Below are positions 12,718-24,910 of a stretch of DNA of 64,000 nt, in pieces. Made by a program: the position numbers and the translations under genes. Source of the stretch: Octopus sinensis (taxonomy: Eukaryota); contig NC_043004.1 of the NCBI RefSeq assembly GCF_006345805.1, positions 89,032,001-89,096,000 of the forward strand, written 5' to 3'. Each line of letters begins with the position of its first letter. Positions within the stretch are counted from its first letter, which is position 1. Under the pieces are notes generated by a model. That model was not told where the DNA came from. It saw nothing but the letters and a program-made list of their open reading frames with translations, and made no database searches.

Positions 12718-13247
12718 ATCTTGACTGTCTTCTACAATAGCCCAAGGCTGACCAATGCCTTGTGAGTGATTTTGGTAGATGCGAACTGTGTGGAAGTTCG
12801 TCGTGTGTGTGTGTCTCCAATCACTGTTTCATGACCAATGTTGGTTCATTTATGTCTCCATAATTAAACAGTTTGGCAAAAGAAACCACACAATAAGTAG
12901 TCCCAGACAAAAAAATAAGTACTTGGGTTGATTTGTTCGACTAAATCTTACAAGGTGTAGCCCTAGCATGGTTGCAATCCAATGATTGGAACAAGTAAAA
13001 GATAAATTATATTAATCTCTAATAAAAGTATAAAGCCATAAATTGTCACGAGGGATATAACCAATTATATGAACTGAAGCATTTAACAGGCATTTCATTT
13101 TATCAACCCCAGAAAGATGACAGGTAAAGTTAACCGCAAGTGACCTTTGACCTTGGAATGTAAAAGCTAATAAGACATTTTGTCCACTGCTCTAATGATT
13201 CTGCTAATCTAATGCCTGTAATTGTGCTAATTATTAGCAATACTTAC

Positions 13248-13389
13248 ATTCTTGTGCCGCCGATGTTGTTCTTCATTGTAACGAGCAACATCTTTGATGA
13301 GCTCTGACCATGTATATACAAGTTGCATATGTAACGTGGCCAGTTTTTCAACCAAAGATTTAAGTAAGTTCCAAAAAGGAGAAAATGTT
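13248..13389 (-). CDS. FCHO2: FCHo1/2-like F-BAR protein, coding exon (TFSPFWNLLKSLVEKLATLHMQLVYTWSELIKDVARYNEEQHRRHKN)
   Basis: 142 nt, phase 2-0, ttttttcag acceptor and GTAAGT donor. Matches FCHO2 [47 protein letters not shown]. Confidence 0.95.
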
Positions 13390-13769
13390 CTGAAAAAAAT
13401 AAAAGAAATAAATAATAAATATATCAGAACAAATAAAACTTATAGAAAAGTAATAGAAATAGATTTTATAAATTCTTAGAATGTCATTTATTTTTAAAAA
13501 AGCAATATGCATATAAATCACCATCATCACAAATATCATTCAACATCCACTTTTTCATGCTGGCATGGGTTAGATGGTTTTACAAGAACAAACGAGCCAA
13601 GGTGCTCTACCAGGTTCTAAGCTTGCTTTGACATGGTTTCTATGGCCGGATGCCCTTCCTAATGCCAACCACTTAACAGAATATACTGGGTGCTTTTTAT
13701 GTGGTACCAGCACTGGTGAGGTTGCCAAATACCCACAAGATATATAGATGTATATGTGTATGTATATAT

Positions 13770-13815
<46 letters not shown>

Positions 13816-14794
13816 TTGGGAAGTATGAGAAGTGAATATACATTTATTTTACCACATAGGATTACAGCTGTTTTGCAACATATTCATGTAGTATAACCAC
13901 ATGATTTTCTGAATTCATATCTTATTCTTCTCATTTTGTGTGTGCGTGTGTGTATGTAATTCATTAAGTTTCAAAATGGAGAGATCTAATGGATACAAGT
14001 TAATTTATTAATTAATTAACACCTTTACCTACAATTGTTTCATTTCTGAACCAAAATTAAAACTACAAAACATATATAAATATATAATCTTGCATTTTGA
14101 AATACCTTGGGTGGAAAATCATCAGGGTGTACAAAAGAACAATATAAGGATTACATTATAATCCATTGGAATACTCCAATATACTCAGAATATATAATCA
14201 TGTTTATTATGCATGTGTACACATGCATTAAAATCATCACTTCTATTGTTGATTCAATAATAATAATAATAATAATAATAATTATAATGAATTATAGTAT
14301 ATAAGAGTAAAATTACATAATGAATAAAATGAAATAAAAGTGAAATAAAATTTATGCGCATGTTTGTATATGTGTATTTATATATATATATATATATATA
14401 TATACATACTCGCAACAAGTATGGATGCCAATAGTTTATACATCAATATGTATGCGTATATGTTTCTTTCTAAGTTACTTATTAAGGTATATGAATTAAA
14501 GTATATAAAAGCAAAAATAAAATCTAAAATAAATATAATGAATAAAAATAGAAACAATGAAACAATTGTAGGTGAAGATGTTAATAAATTTGTATCTGTT
14601 AGATCTCCCCATTTTCAAACTTAATAATATTTTATATTTTATTATATAATATATTCATTGAAGAAATACCTCTTCAAAATACAATATATCAAACCAGTGT
14701 ACCTTGGATAAAAATATTCCTATAAGAAGTCTAAATATCCTCTTAGTTACTATATATATACACACACACACACATATATATCGCTGCTATTATG

Positions 14795-15126
14795 CAAAAG
14801 TGTCATAAGTCCAAAACATTGCTTTTTCAGAAAACGAAAAAATAGTTTCACCATTCCATTTCTTTTTAACATTAACAACAGTTTCAGCCACGAAGTTTTG
14901 TCAGTGAACAGGTCGCGGTCTCAAAGCGACGAAAATATTTTGACAAATTAAATTTAAATGTTGAAGTGAGTCTAACAGTTTTGTGTGTTTCTTAAATGGC
15001 TTACAAACACCTTCCACGCTGCAATACTTTGTTGGGTGCATAAAATCATAACTCCATACATGTATGATATTTTCAGTTACAAATATTTTTGCAAAACTGT
15101 CATATGTTGGACTTACTACACTTTTG
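14795..15126. mobile_element. Probable MITE
   Basis: Imperfect 20-bp inverted ends caaaagtgtcataagtccaa / ttggacttactacacttttg. Superfamily not determined and no clear TSD. Confidence 0.5.
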
Positions 15127-15834
15127 AAAAATGCTAAATCATTGTGTTACACTTTGACAGTTTTCATATCTTGGCATCTGAAGCAGCTGGAGATACAATA
15201 GTTTGACCAAAAGAACTGACTATTGCAAACAAAATTAAATATTGAAGAAAAAAAACGCATTTGGCGAAATTTGGACACAACAGTTTAACATAATCACAAT
15301 GATATATACAAATTACACAACTCACTTCATCATTCTTACTTCTCTTTCCCTCCCTTTCTAAATAACCACTACTGACACTAATCCCTTCCCTTTCTCCTGC
15401 TCCTTCCTTACATCATCCTCCTATAGTGACTACTCCATCATTCTCTTCAATACCACGCTATCATAACTGAAAACCTGTCCCTCTGTTGATAAGATTCAAC
15501 ACCAACACAAAAGAATAATCTATATTTATGACACACCTTCTTTGCGTTTATGATATTTTGCATCATTTAAAGATTACATCTGGCCAAGAGAGAACTGCTT
15601 ATATATGTTTCACACATATGGAGGTTTGTCTTGTGCTTTCATCTAAGGTGTCTTCAATATATATTTGTTAACAATTCCAATATTCTTACAGACTGGATAT
15701 CATTATGACCAATCCTATCTACACAAGTGTGAGTGCGTGATCTTAGAAATATAAGTATATAGTCTAATCATAGAAATATACACATATTTGCAGTATGTAT
15801 ATACATACACATACGTAGATTATATTACATTCCT

Positions 15835-16195
15835 GAGAAAGACATCACACATGATCAACAGCTGCCCAAAAATACCATCAAGGTACTACCTCCCAATGCA
15901 ACAAGACATAGTTGCTAAAACAATATACAATGCCATCTGCAAAAAAGTCTATCCAGAGATAAATAAAGAGAACCTGCTGCTATTGAATGTATACATAAAC
16001 ATCAACACAAAGAATACTGGTGGAACATTCTCATGAGCAAACATAACAGTCCAGATATAGTTCTTTGGGATAGACAAGAAAAAGTCGGTACCATCATAAA
16101 TGTCAGTTGTCCTGCTGATGAGAATATTATTTTGAAAAATCAAAATAAAAGAGATTAACTATGGGCAAGTGTTTCAAAGTTTCTACCTTCTATAC
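15835..16195 (+). mobile_element. Degenerate R4/Dong/NeSL-type non-LTR fragment (zinc knuckle plus restriction-like endonuclease)
   Basis: Frameshifted peptides HMINSCPK..YYLPMQQDIVAKTIYNAICKK and WWNILMSKHNSPDIVLWDRQEKVGTIINVSCPADENI (PD..D/E RLE motif). Confidence 0.7.
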
Positions 16196-16214
16196 ACAGA
16201 TTATAAATTCACCG

Positions 16215-16450
16215 TAAAAAGCGCCATTCGAGTGTGATTGATGTCAGTGCCACCTGACTGGATCCTGTGCATGTGGCATGTAAAAAGCACCCACTACACT
16301 GTTGGAGTGGTTGGCGTTAAGGGCATCCAGCTGTAGGAACCTTGCCAGATCAGATTGGAGCCTGGTGAGAGCCTCTCAGCTTGCCAGTCCTCAGTCAAAC
16401 TATCCAACCCATGCCAGCATGGAAAACAGACGTTAAACGATGATGATGAA
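16215..16450 (+). mobile_element. RTE 3'-UTR copy
   Basis: aaaagcacccactacact...ccaacccatgccagcatggaaaacagacgttaaacgatgatgatg. Confidence 0.85.
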
Positions 16451-17314
16451 TAATTGGGGCACATGGTTTTGTGAGCAAATGCCTAAGTGACAATCTGGAT
16501 AAGCTGGAGTTTTCAGAAAAGGAAATAAAGCAGCTAATTTGTACATTACAAATACAATCTGAAAGCAGAACAGTAAAAAGATGCAAGACTTTTCTCAAAT
16601 TCAAAACGTGAATATGTTTCTGTTATGTACACACATCAACGATGGAACTTTGTATCTTTGTTAGAGATGAGCTCCTCCTTTGCAGGAAGATTTCATCATG
16701 ATCACCATCATTGCTTTAACACCAACTTTTCTATGCTTGCAGGGTTGGTTTCAAATAGTCGAAAATAGAAGAGAATGGACAAACATGCATACATGCATAT
16801 GTACACTCACACACATACATACAAGTGCTGAGAAAGAACAGTTGTGCTCAATCTAAATCCAATTTGCCTACCTCTGTTCTGTACACCACTGGAATCTATA
16901 AGCATGTAGAAACAGACTGTACAGTATAGACAGTACATGGCCAGACAATGTATGGGTACTAGGGTACCCATACAATTCATTACTGCACATTAGAGGACGC
17001 AGTATAATCCTTAGCTATGTTGCAACATGACATATCTGGTACAATAGTGGATCAATCTTAGCCATTCAGTCAATTACCTGTGTGTCATAAGTCAGTTTGA
17101 CCAGAGGCTAACCTGGGGCTAACTGCAATACAATCCTCTTTCAAAAAGAACATGAGTTGCAATACTTCCTATCTCTTTCTCTCTTTATAACACTTGTAGT
17201 TTGTTTCCAATTAACAATTGAATATTTCCCTATACTTTTCATTCAACTGAGAAAATCGCACGACCCCTTTAAATCAATGCAATCTGAAATTTGTTCATAG
17301 AAAAACATACTTAC

Positions 17315-17389
17315 CCCTCTTGTATACAATTGCTAACATTTTTTGCTAGTTTGGTGAGTAATTTGCTATAATTTTCTTCTACAGAGCAG
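17315..17389 (-). CDS. FCHO2: FCHo1/2-like F-BAR protein, coding exon (CSVEENYSKLLTKLAKNVSNCIQEG)
   Basis: 75 nt, phase 2-2, attttgcag acceptor and GTAAGT donor. Matches FCHO2 [25 protein letters not shown]. Confidence 0.95.
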
Positions 17390-18477
17390 CTGCAAAATAA
17401 CAAAAAGAAATAATAATCATAATCAAAGCATTAACAGAACAAATAACCGAATAAAATAATAAAGAAAAGAAAACAGAATTTTTAATTGTTTTTCCCATGT
17501 TTTCACAAAGAAGAAAGGATGTGCACTCTTGCGAGGTCAAAGAACTATTTCACATTTTCCAACCAATTAGACTATTATGAGATGCACGAGATGTATTGGA
17601 ATAGCTAATATTATAAGTAGTTTTTAACTGAAGAACAAACTGCTTAGATAAAAAAAATTCTATTATCTAGGTGACCTAATTTATACTTAAAATGAACTGG
17701 TGATAACACTGTGGCATAGGTTAAAAACATTTGGAGAACATTGCTTTTCTTAGTTAACAATAAAGAACTTCACTTTCTATGCACATGAGCAAATCGTTTG
17801 AGGTATAATTAGATGAGTGAATATTGTGGGTTTAATTAGATGAGTGAATGAAGCAGTCGATGCACAGAATTGCAATCTTTAGAAGTCTATTTGATGTTCA
17901 CTACAAGTGAATTTTAGAAAATAACACCAGAAAGGGGCTGAATATTTATGAGGCAGACATTCTACACTGATATGAATATATAAATAGGTGATAAATATAA
18001 GCTACAAAAACAAAGAGAGAGCTTAAGATACCTGTAGTTGAGATAAATTAAAAATGTCCACAGCCCTGCGAGTGGATCTGGTAAATGGAAAACTTAAAAT
18101 GAGCTTTCGTGTGTGTGTGTGTATGTGTTAGTATCTTTGCGCCTTGACATCATATGATAGTTGTGAGTGTCACTGTAATGCAAGTGGTGGTGTTCATTCC
18201 AAATCATGTCTGGTCATAGGGAAATATCTTACTTGGAAACAGGTGAAGGTTGGTGACAGGAAGGACCTCCAGCTGTCAAAAATCTGCCTCAGCAAATTCC
18301 ATCCAACCCATGTGAACATGGAAAAGTGGACATTAAAATGATGATGACGATGACAGCGGTGGTGGTAACCACATATGTTTATTCCAGATTCCATGCAAGC
18401 TTGAAGTGATATTTCAGATTATTTTAAAGTTAATGAAAAGCTCTAGTAATACACCTAAATTTTCATTTATACCATAT

Positions 18478-19475
18478 TGATATGGAGGTCAGTTCGGAAA
18501 CTGAGTGCTACGACCCACTTTTGTGATTTGGCGTCAGGGAGACGGGTAGACCTTTTGTCCTGTCGGTTTTTGGGGAGGTTTATGTATTCGGAAGAGACCT
18601 TTGGCCCTGTTCCGGTCAAGGAAAGTTCGAGAAACCACCCCTTAAAATGCGACGCGCTGGGAGTTTGTCAGTCAGTCGGAGGCAGTCAGTCAGTTCAGTC
18701 GGGAACAGAGCGAGTTGGCAAGAGGTAGTTCTGCCTGAGACAGTGAGTTGGCAACAGGGTAGCTTGCGTGAGGGTCGATGCAGAGATGACAAGCGTGGCA
18801 AGAAAGACAGGCAGATAGGATTAAGGAGCTGGGAGAGATTACGGCGAGAAAGCATGGCTATTCGTAGTGGGAGTTTGTAAACGAAGAAACTTGCGGTATG
18901 TTTTGTTTATGATTTTGATGTGAAATGTAAAAGAAACGAGATTATGACGTAAATTGTGAACTGTGTTGAAAAAAAAGAATTGTTGAAGAGAAAAAGAATT
19001 GGTGTGTTAAAGAAAAGAGAAAGAACTGTGAATTAAGGAAAAGAGGAAGGAAAGAAATGAACATTGAAAAGAACTGTGTTGTTGAGTTGTGTTGAAAAGA
19101 AAAAGAAAGAGAAAGACTTTAATGAACATTATTTGATTTGAACTGTTGTCTCTGAACTGTATCTGCATGCTTTGATTTTGTTGATTCTGCTGCATGTATT
19201 TTCTTTGATGTATTTGATGTTGTAAGTAATGATTGTCATAAACTGTTTTTAAATGTAAGCCAATTGCCTTCCGCCGTCTCTCTGTATCTCTTCCTGCTGT
19301 TGTTGTTGTTCTCTCCGGTCGCTGGTTGTCGAGTTCGCTGCCACCTCCCCCACAGAGTCCTCTCTTTCTGCATGGCGAATTCTCTGATTGACTGGGCCGG
19401 TGCAATCGTCGTCGCTCGACTTGGTAGGGTCCCGGGTTTCTGAAGAGTTTGAGCGACGGCAGGTGGTATGTAACA
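18478..19475 (+). mobile_element. Solo LTR (998 bp), probably Ty3/Gypsy
   Basis: Begins TG(ATATGG) and ends (GGTGGTATGTAA)CA. 4-bp TSD ATAT (18474-18477, 19476-19479). Richer in GC and CpG than its flanks, with no gag/pol ORF. Orientation inferred from the promoter-like motif. Confidence 0.8.
18642..18675 (+). promoter_or_regulatory. Putative LTR core promoter (TATA-like TTAAAA and TCAGT initiator-like motif)
   Basis: TTAAAA at 18642-18647 and TCAGT at 18668-18672, ~28 bp apart. Motif-only evidence. Confidence 0.35.
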
Positions 19476-21164
19476 ATATTCACTGATGCCAATGTAAACC
19501 ATCGTAAGTTGGCTTAAATCTTGTTACCATGTTCACAGATGATGTGGGTGCGTGTCCCACAGGCAGCCTTCAAACTTTTTCCATCCAAGAACTTTTTGAG
19601 CATAATATCCTATATGCTGTTATTTATGACTTTATAAGTTCCATTATAAAACGGCGAATTTACTTCTGGTAATTATTATTAAAATTTCCAAAATTTTTGA
19701 TAGCTTAAAAAAAAAACCCAATTTAAATTGTATGTATTTTTGACCAGTAAAAACTGTTAGTGTTAATATTCCAGTTCTTTACATTATTCAGTCACAATGA
19801 TATTTTGATATAAACTATTAAATAAGTTCAACACCCTCCATTGATAATGTGTTGTATCAGTTACATTTAGAGAAAGTGCACAACACGTGTACACCACAAG
19901 GTCTCACATGGTATAAGGTTTTCCACCAACTAGTGTTTCATATTGCAATGCTATCTGGAGGTAACAATCGGCCAATGCTAAAGAGCTCATCACCTGACCA
20001 TGAGACAAACTATCCCACACCAGATATGTATCTTGCATTTCAATAGTTTTCACTGATGCTCCATAACCCTGGACAGGGGCTCATGCCAGGTGCTGTGAGC
20101 CAGAGGTAGCTCAACTGGGGACTTGTGTCAAGCAGAATAAACACACTTTGAAGTAAAGAATACTTCAGCAAGCTTCCTTTATTTTTTTAATTATTTTCCT
20201 TCACCTTCATTATATACTTCGAGTACCACTGGGTACAATGAATAGTAAAGGTTTTCTAATTACTCTGGAGCAATGTAAATCTTACACCATATAATGCAGA
20301 TTGTAGTGATGATTATAAGGATGGTGTGATAATGCTAGTGATGATGATGATGATGGTGTTGATAATAGTAATGATGACACACACATACAAATTACAAAGC
20401 TGTGCCTAGGATGCTTAACCCTTTTGATACCAACCTGCCTGAAACTAGCTCTGGCTCTGAGTACAAATGTCTTTTTTTTTTAAAGTTTTGAATTAAAATC
20501 TTCCACCAAACCTTAGTCATAATTTATGTTGCTAACACTAACTTAATGATAACAAATTTATTTTACTAAATTCTTTGTTATATTTAAAATTAATTGAAAG
20601 AAAACACAGAGCATCTCAACAGAAATATGGTAGCAAAGGATTCATGCAATGAGAGGCAGATAGTTTTACTCCAAACAGAAGAGGGACCTGTGAAAGGATG
20701 AGAACATGTGGATGTGAAGAAGTATGTTTATGTTGTGTGTGGAAACTTGCATATATGCATGACCTGTGTATATATGTTAGTATGGCTGAAGGCACGTGGC
20801 TTAGTAGTTAGAGTGTTTGGCTCGTGGGCATAAGATCAGGAGTTCAGTTCCTGGTGATGCATTGTGTCCTTGAGTAAGACACTATTTCTCATCACTGTAG
20901 TCCACTCAGATGGCAAAAATGAGAGTAGTACCTGTATTTCAAAGGGCCAGCCTTGTCACATTCTGTATCATGCAGAATCCCCATGTACTACTTTAAGGGT
21001 AGGCATGTTTGTGGAGTGCTCAGCTACTTGCATGTTGATTTCACAAGCAGGCTGTTCTGTTGATCAGATTGAATAGAACCCTCATTGTCGTAACTGACAG
21101 AGTGCCAGTAGGTTACTGTAACAACATGTGGATATATGTTAGAGAAACAACATGTTAAGTGTGA

Positions 21165-22310
21165 GTGTGATAACACGTGTATATATGAGTGCGAGAACAT
21201 GTGTATATATGAGTACAAGAACGTGTATATATATGAGTGCAAGAACGTGTATATACAAGTGTGAAAGCATGCATATATGAGTATGAGAACATGTATATAT
21301 GAGTGCAAGAACGTGTATATGAGTGTGATAAAGTGTGTATATGAGCGCAAGAACATGTATATATGAATGTGAGAATATGTATATATGAGTGTGAGAACGT
21401 GCATATATTAGTGCGAGAACGTGCATATAGGCGCAGGAGTGGCTGTGTGGTAAGTAACTTGCTAACCAACCACATGGTTCCAGGTTCACTTCCACTGTGT
21501 GGCATCTTGGGCAAGTGTCTTCTGCTATAGCCCCAGGCCGACCAATGCCTTGTGAGTGGATTTGGTAGACGGAAACTGAAAGAAGCCTGTTGTATATAAG
21601 TATATATATATATAAGTGTGTGTGTGTATATGTTTGTGTGTCTGTGTTTGTCCCCCTAGCATTGCTTGACAACCAATGCTGGTGTGTTTACGTCCCCGTC
21701 ACTTAGCGGTTCGGCAAAAGAGACCGATAGAATAAGTACTGGGCTTACAAAGAATAAGTCCCGGGGTCGATTTGCTCGACTAAAGGCGGTGCTCCAGCAT
21801 GGCCGCAGTCAAATGACTGAAACAAGTAAAAGAGTAAAGAGTATATGAGTGCGAGAACATGCATACATGAGTGCGAGAATGTGTATATATGAGTATAATG
21901 TGTATATGAGATAATGTGTGTATATATGAGTGCGAGAACGTGTGTATATATGAGTGTGAGAACATGTGTATAAAGGTGAGTGCAACATGAGTATAAATGT
22001 TAGTTGACAATATATGCATGTATGTTAGTGTGATATCATGTATATAAGAGTGTGAGAACATGTGTATATATGAGTGCAAAAACGTGTATATACGAGTGCA
22101 AGAACGTGTATATACGAGAACATGTATATATGTGTGTGACAATAAGTGTATATGTAAATGTGAGCACATATGTACACGAAGGTGAGAACCTGCATATATG
22201 AGTGTGAGGATACATATATAGGGGTGAGTGTGATGTGCATATATATTAGTGTAATGTGTATATGTGTTAGTGTGACAACATGTATATATATATGAGAACA
22301 TGTGTGTATG
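21165..22310. repeat. Degenerate ~20-22-bp minisatellite (ATATATGAGTGCGAGAACGTGT) interrupted by a SINE
   Basis: Units are visible at 21165-21429 and 21841-22310. They generate the spurious H/I/Y/T-rich ORFs. Confidence 0.85.
21430..21840 (+). mobile_element. Full-length tRNA/CORE-type SINE (family B) with CR1-like 3' tail
   Basis: ggagtggctgtgtggtaag head, ggttcacttcc B-box-like site, ttgggcaagtgtctt CORE-like block, internal (TA)/(TG), and 3' ggcggtgctccagcatggccgcagtcaaatgactgaaac. Confidence 0.85.
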
Positions 22311-22317
22311 AACAAGT

Positions 22318-22353
<36 letters not shown>

Positions 22354-23119
22354 TAGGTCACATTATCTAACAAAGTAGAATCTACATGAACTACATAGAG
22401 TTTCTGTCATTATGTTCTGCAATTTAATGAGAGGAAAACAAGATCATGTTGCTATACGATAAATGTCAAAAACCTTCTCATGTTCACAGCATCTTGATCC
22501 TACCTCATCCCAACATTTACCAGCTTCTCACTGTAACCTACCTACGATATCTTGTTTTAGTCTCATGGTTTATAATTAGATTGCGGGATGGCTCCTCTAT
22601 CAGTTCATCTTTGTCGATAATGCTAAATTAAGGACTACAACAACAGTTACATATTGGTGAGTGATGATAACAGTGGTGGTGGTGGTGGTGGTGGTAATGA
22701 TAATGACGGGGGTAGTGATAAAGGTGATGGTCAAGGTGGTTATGATGATGGTGATGATCATGATCACGATAGTAGAACTAGAATCATAGTAAGAGACAAC
22801 AGTATGAATAAAGAGAATACAAATAACAAAAGCAGGAAGAGATGGTTAGAAAAGAAAACAAAAAAATTCTAACTATGTGTAGTTTGGTAGCAACAGCTGT
22901 TATGATAGGGATTTTGGTGAGCATTATCACTCCTCAGATTTCCTCGCTCCCAACATAATTGACTGCAATTGACTCCTAACTCGAAATTGCTGGCCTTGTG
23001 CCAAAATCTGAACCCAATATTTATATCAGTAGTAGTTACGAGTGGGTTAAATCATTAATATTGAAGTGAAACCTTGATGGAATAAGGAATTTGCCAACAA
23101 GTGTACTAGAGAGAAAGAT

Positions 23120-23560
23120 ATTAAATAGATAGGCAGTCGAGGAAGGTGCTGCAGAGAGAGAGAGAGAGAAGGATGGGGGAGAGCAAAAGAGTAAATGAAA
23201 ACGTGTGACTGAAGCTCAGTAACAAAATAGACATTGGAAGTGTGATAATGACGGTGTGATGACGGAGGAAATAATTAAATATGTGGAATGATTGAAAGGC
23301 CAGGAAAAAGATCGTTAAAGATATCGTTCCTCTTGATATATTGAGGCAGTCGAAGTAGCAATACTGGCTGGTTGTAAACATGATGAGTTCTGAGAAGAAG
23401 TGAAGATAGAGGATGGTTGTAAACAGAATGGATGCTAAGAAGATTAAGTTTAATTGGTCGGGTAAGTAACTGCAGTTAGCTCTGATAAAGCAGACAGTCT
23501 AAATAGATGTGGTAGATGATGATCTAGAGGAAGACTATAAATTCCAAGTGAATATTGGAA
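23120..23560 (-). mobile_element. Highly degenerate retroelement coding remnant (possibly Penelope-type RT)
   Basis: Only weak resemblance across frameshifts to the RT thumb region. No clean motif. Confidence 0.25.
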
Positions 23561-24509
23561 AAGGTGGGAAAGAATATAATCCAAAAAATGAAGAAAGTTA
23601 ATGTAATTAAGATATTATGTCTTGAATGATGTCACAAAAACAGATATTTCAAACATTTAAAATTCTTTAAAAATAGGCATTAATTATAAACTTGTTCAAA
23701 GTTAAATGAGACACTCCTATGATGAAGGGTTGTGATGTTCATCTATTTTAAAATATAAATTGTAGGCACAGTCTTGGCAAGTGTCTATGAACTTTGCCTT
23801 GCAATTATGTGAGTTCGGGTTCAATCTCACGGTATAGCGGTATAGTCGTCAACTATAACCTCTCTTTGATAAATGCCCTGTGATAAAAACCTGGCAGATG
23901 TAAACTGGACAGAAATCTATTGTCTGTGTGTGTATGCATATGTTTGTGTTTGTCACTGTATATACTCACACTAATGTGAAGACATGGCTTAGTGGTAAGG
24001 GTATTCAGCTCATAATTTTAAGGTCATGAGTTCAATACCTGGTGGCAGCGAGTTCTGTCCTTGAGCAAGACACTTTATTTCACATTGCTCCATTACACTC
24101 AACTGGCAAAAATGAGTTGTACTTGTAATTCAAAGGGGCACTTTTGTCACATTCTGTGTCATGCTGAATCTCCCTGAGAACTACAATAAGGGTTTCACAA
24201 GTCTGTGTATTGCTCAGCCACTTGTACATTAACTTCACAAGCAGGCTGTACCTTTGATTAGATCACCTGGAAAACCTCATTACCGTAGCTGACAGAGTGT
24301 CAGTTGTTACTCACTGATGCTATTTGGGGATTGATGACATTTATTTAAGTTCTGCAGTTCAGCAATTCAAAGTGTAAAGACCAGCGGAATAAAGTATCTC
24401 AATAGAGAAACAAGGGCACCCAACCATAAAATGCTGCCCCAAGAAGTCAGAGCTAAACCCATGCAAGCATGAGAAAGGTAAACATGATGATGGTGGTGAT
24501 GGTGGCTGT

Positions 24510-24712
24510 AATTCTTTTACTTGTTTCAGCCATTTGACTGCAGCCATGCTGTAGCTCCACCTTTAGTCGAACTAATCAACCCCAGGACTTATTCTTTGTA
24601 AGCCTAGTACTTATTCTATCAGTTTCTTTCACTGAACCGATAAGTTACAGAGACGTAAACATACCAACATTGGTTGTCAAGCAATGGTGGGGTGGGACAG
24701 AGACACACAAAC

Positions 24713-24749
<37 letters not shown>

Positions 24750-24910
24750 AGGCTTCTTTCAGTTTCTGTCTACCAAATCTACTCAAGGCTTTGGTCAGCC
24801 CAAGGCTACAATAGAAGACACTTGCCCTAGTTGCCATGCAGTGGGATTGAACCTGGAAGCACATGGTTGGGGGGAGGCAGTTTTTTATCACACAGTCACG
24901 CCTGCGCCTA
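24510..24910 (-). mobile_element. SINE family B, near full length
   Basis: Reverse complement of 21430-21840. Other copies at ~26405-26795, ~54545-54750 and ~57745-58030. Confidence 0.8.

Larger units (their letters stand above)
11455..13005 (+). mobile_element. tRNA/CORE-type SINE (family B) split by three later insertions
   Basis: Head at ~11455-11480, continuing at 11705-11762 and again at 12726-13005, collinear with the intact copy at 21430-21840. Confidence 0.7.

Noticed and set aside
18477-19502. ORFs of 75-161 aa overlapping the GC-rich island
   Set aside because: They lie inside a solo LTR and show no gag or pol motifs.
21024-22351. Long H/I/Y/T-rich ORFs (up to 189 aa), and Y/I/M/C ORFs at 59069-59672
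   Set aside because: These are translations of mini- and microsatellites.
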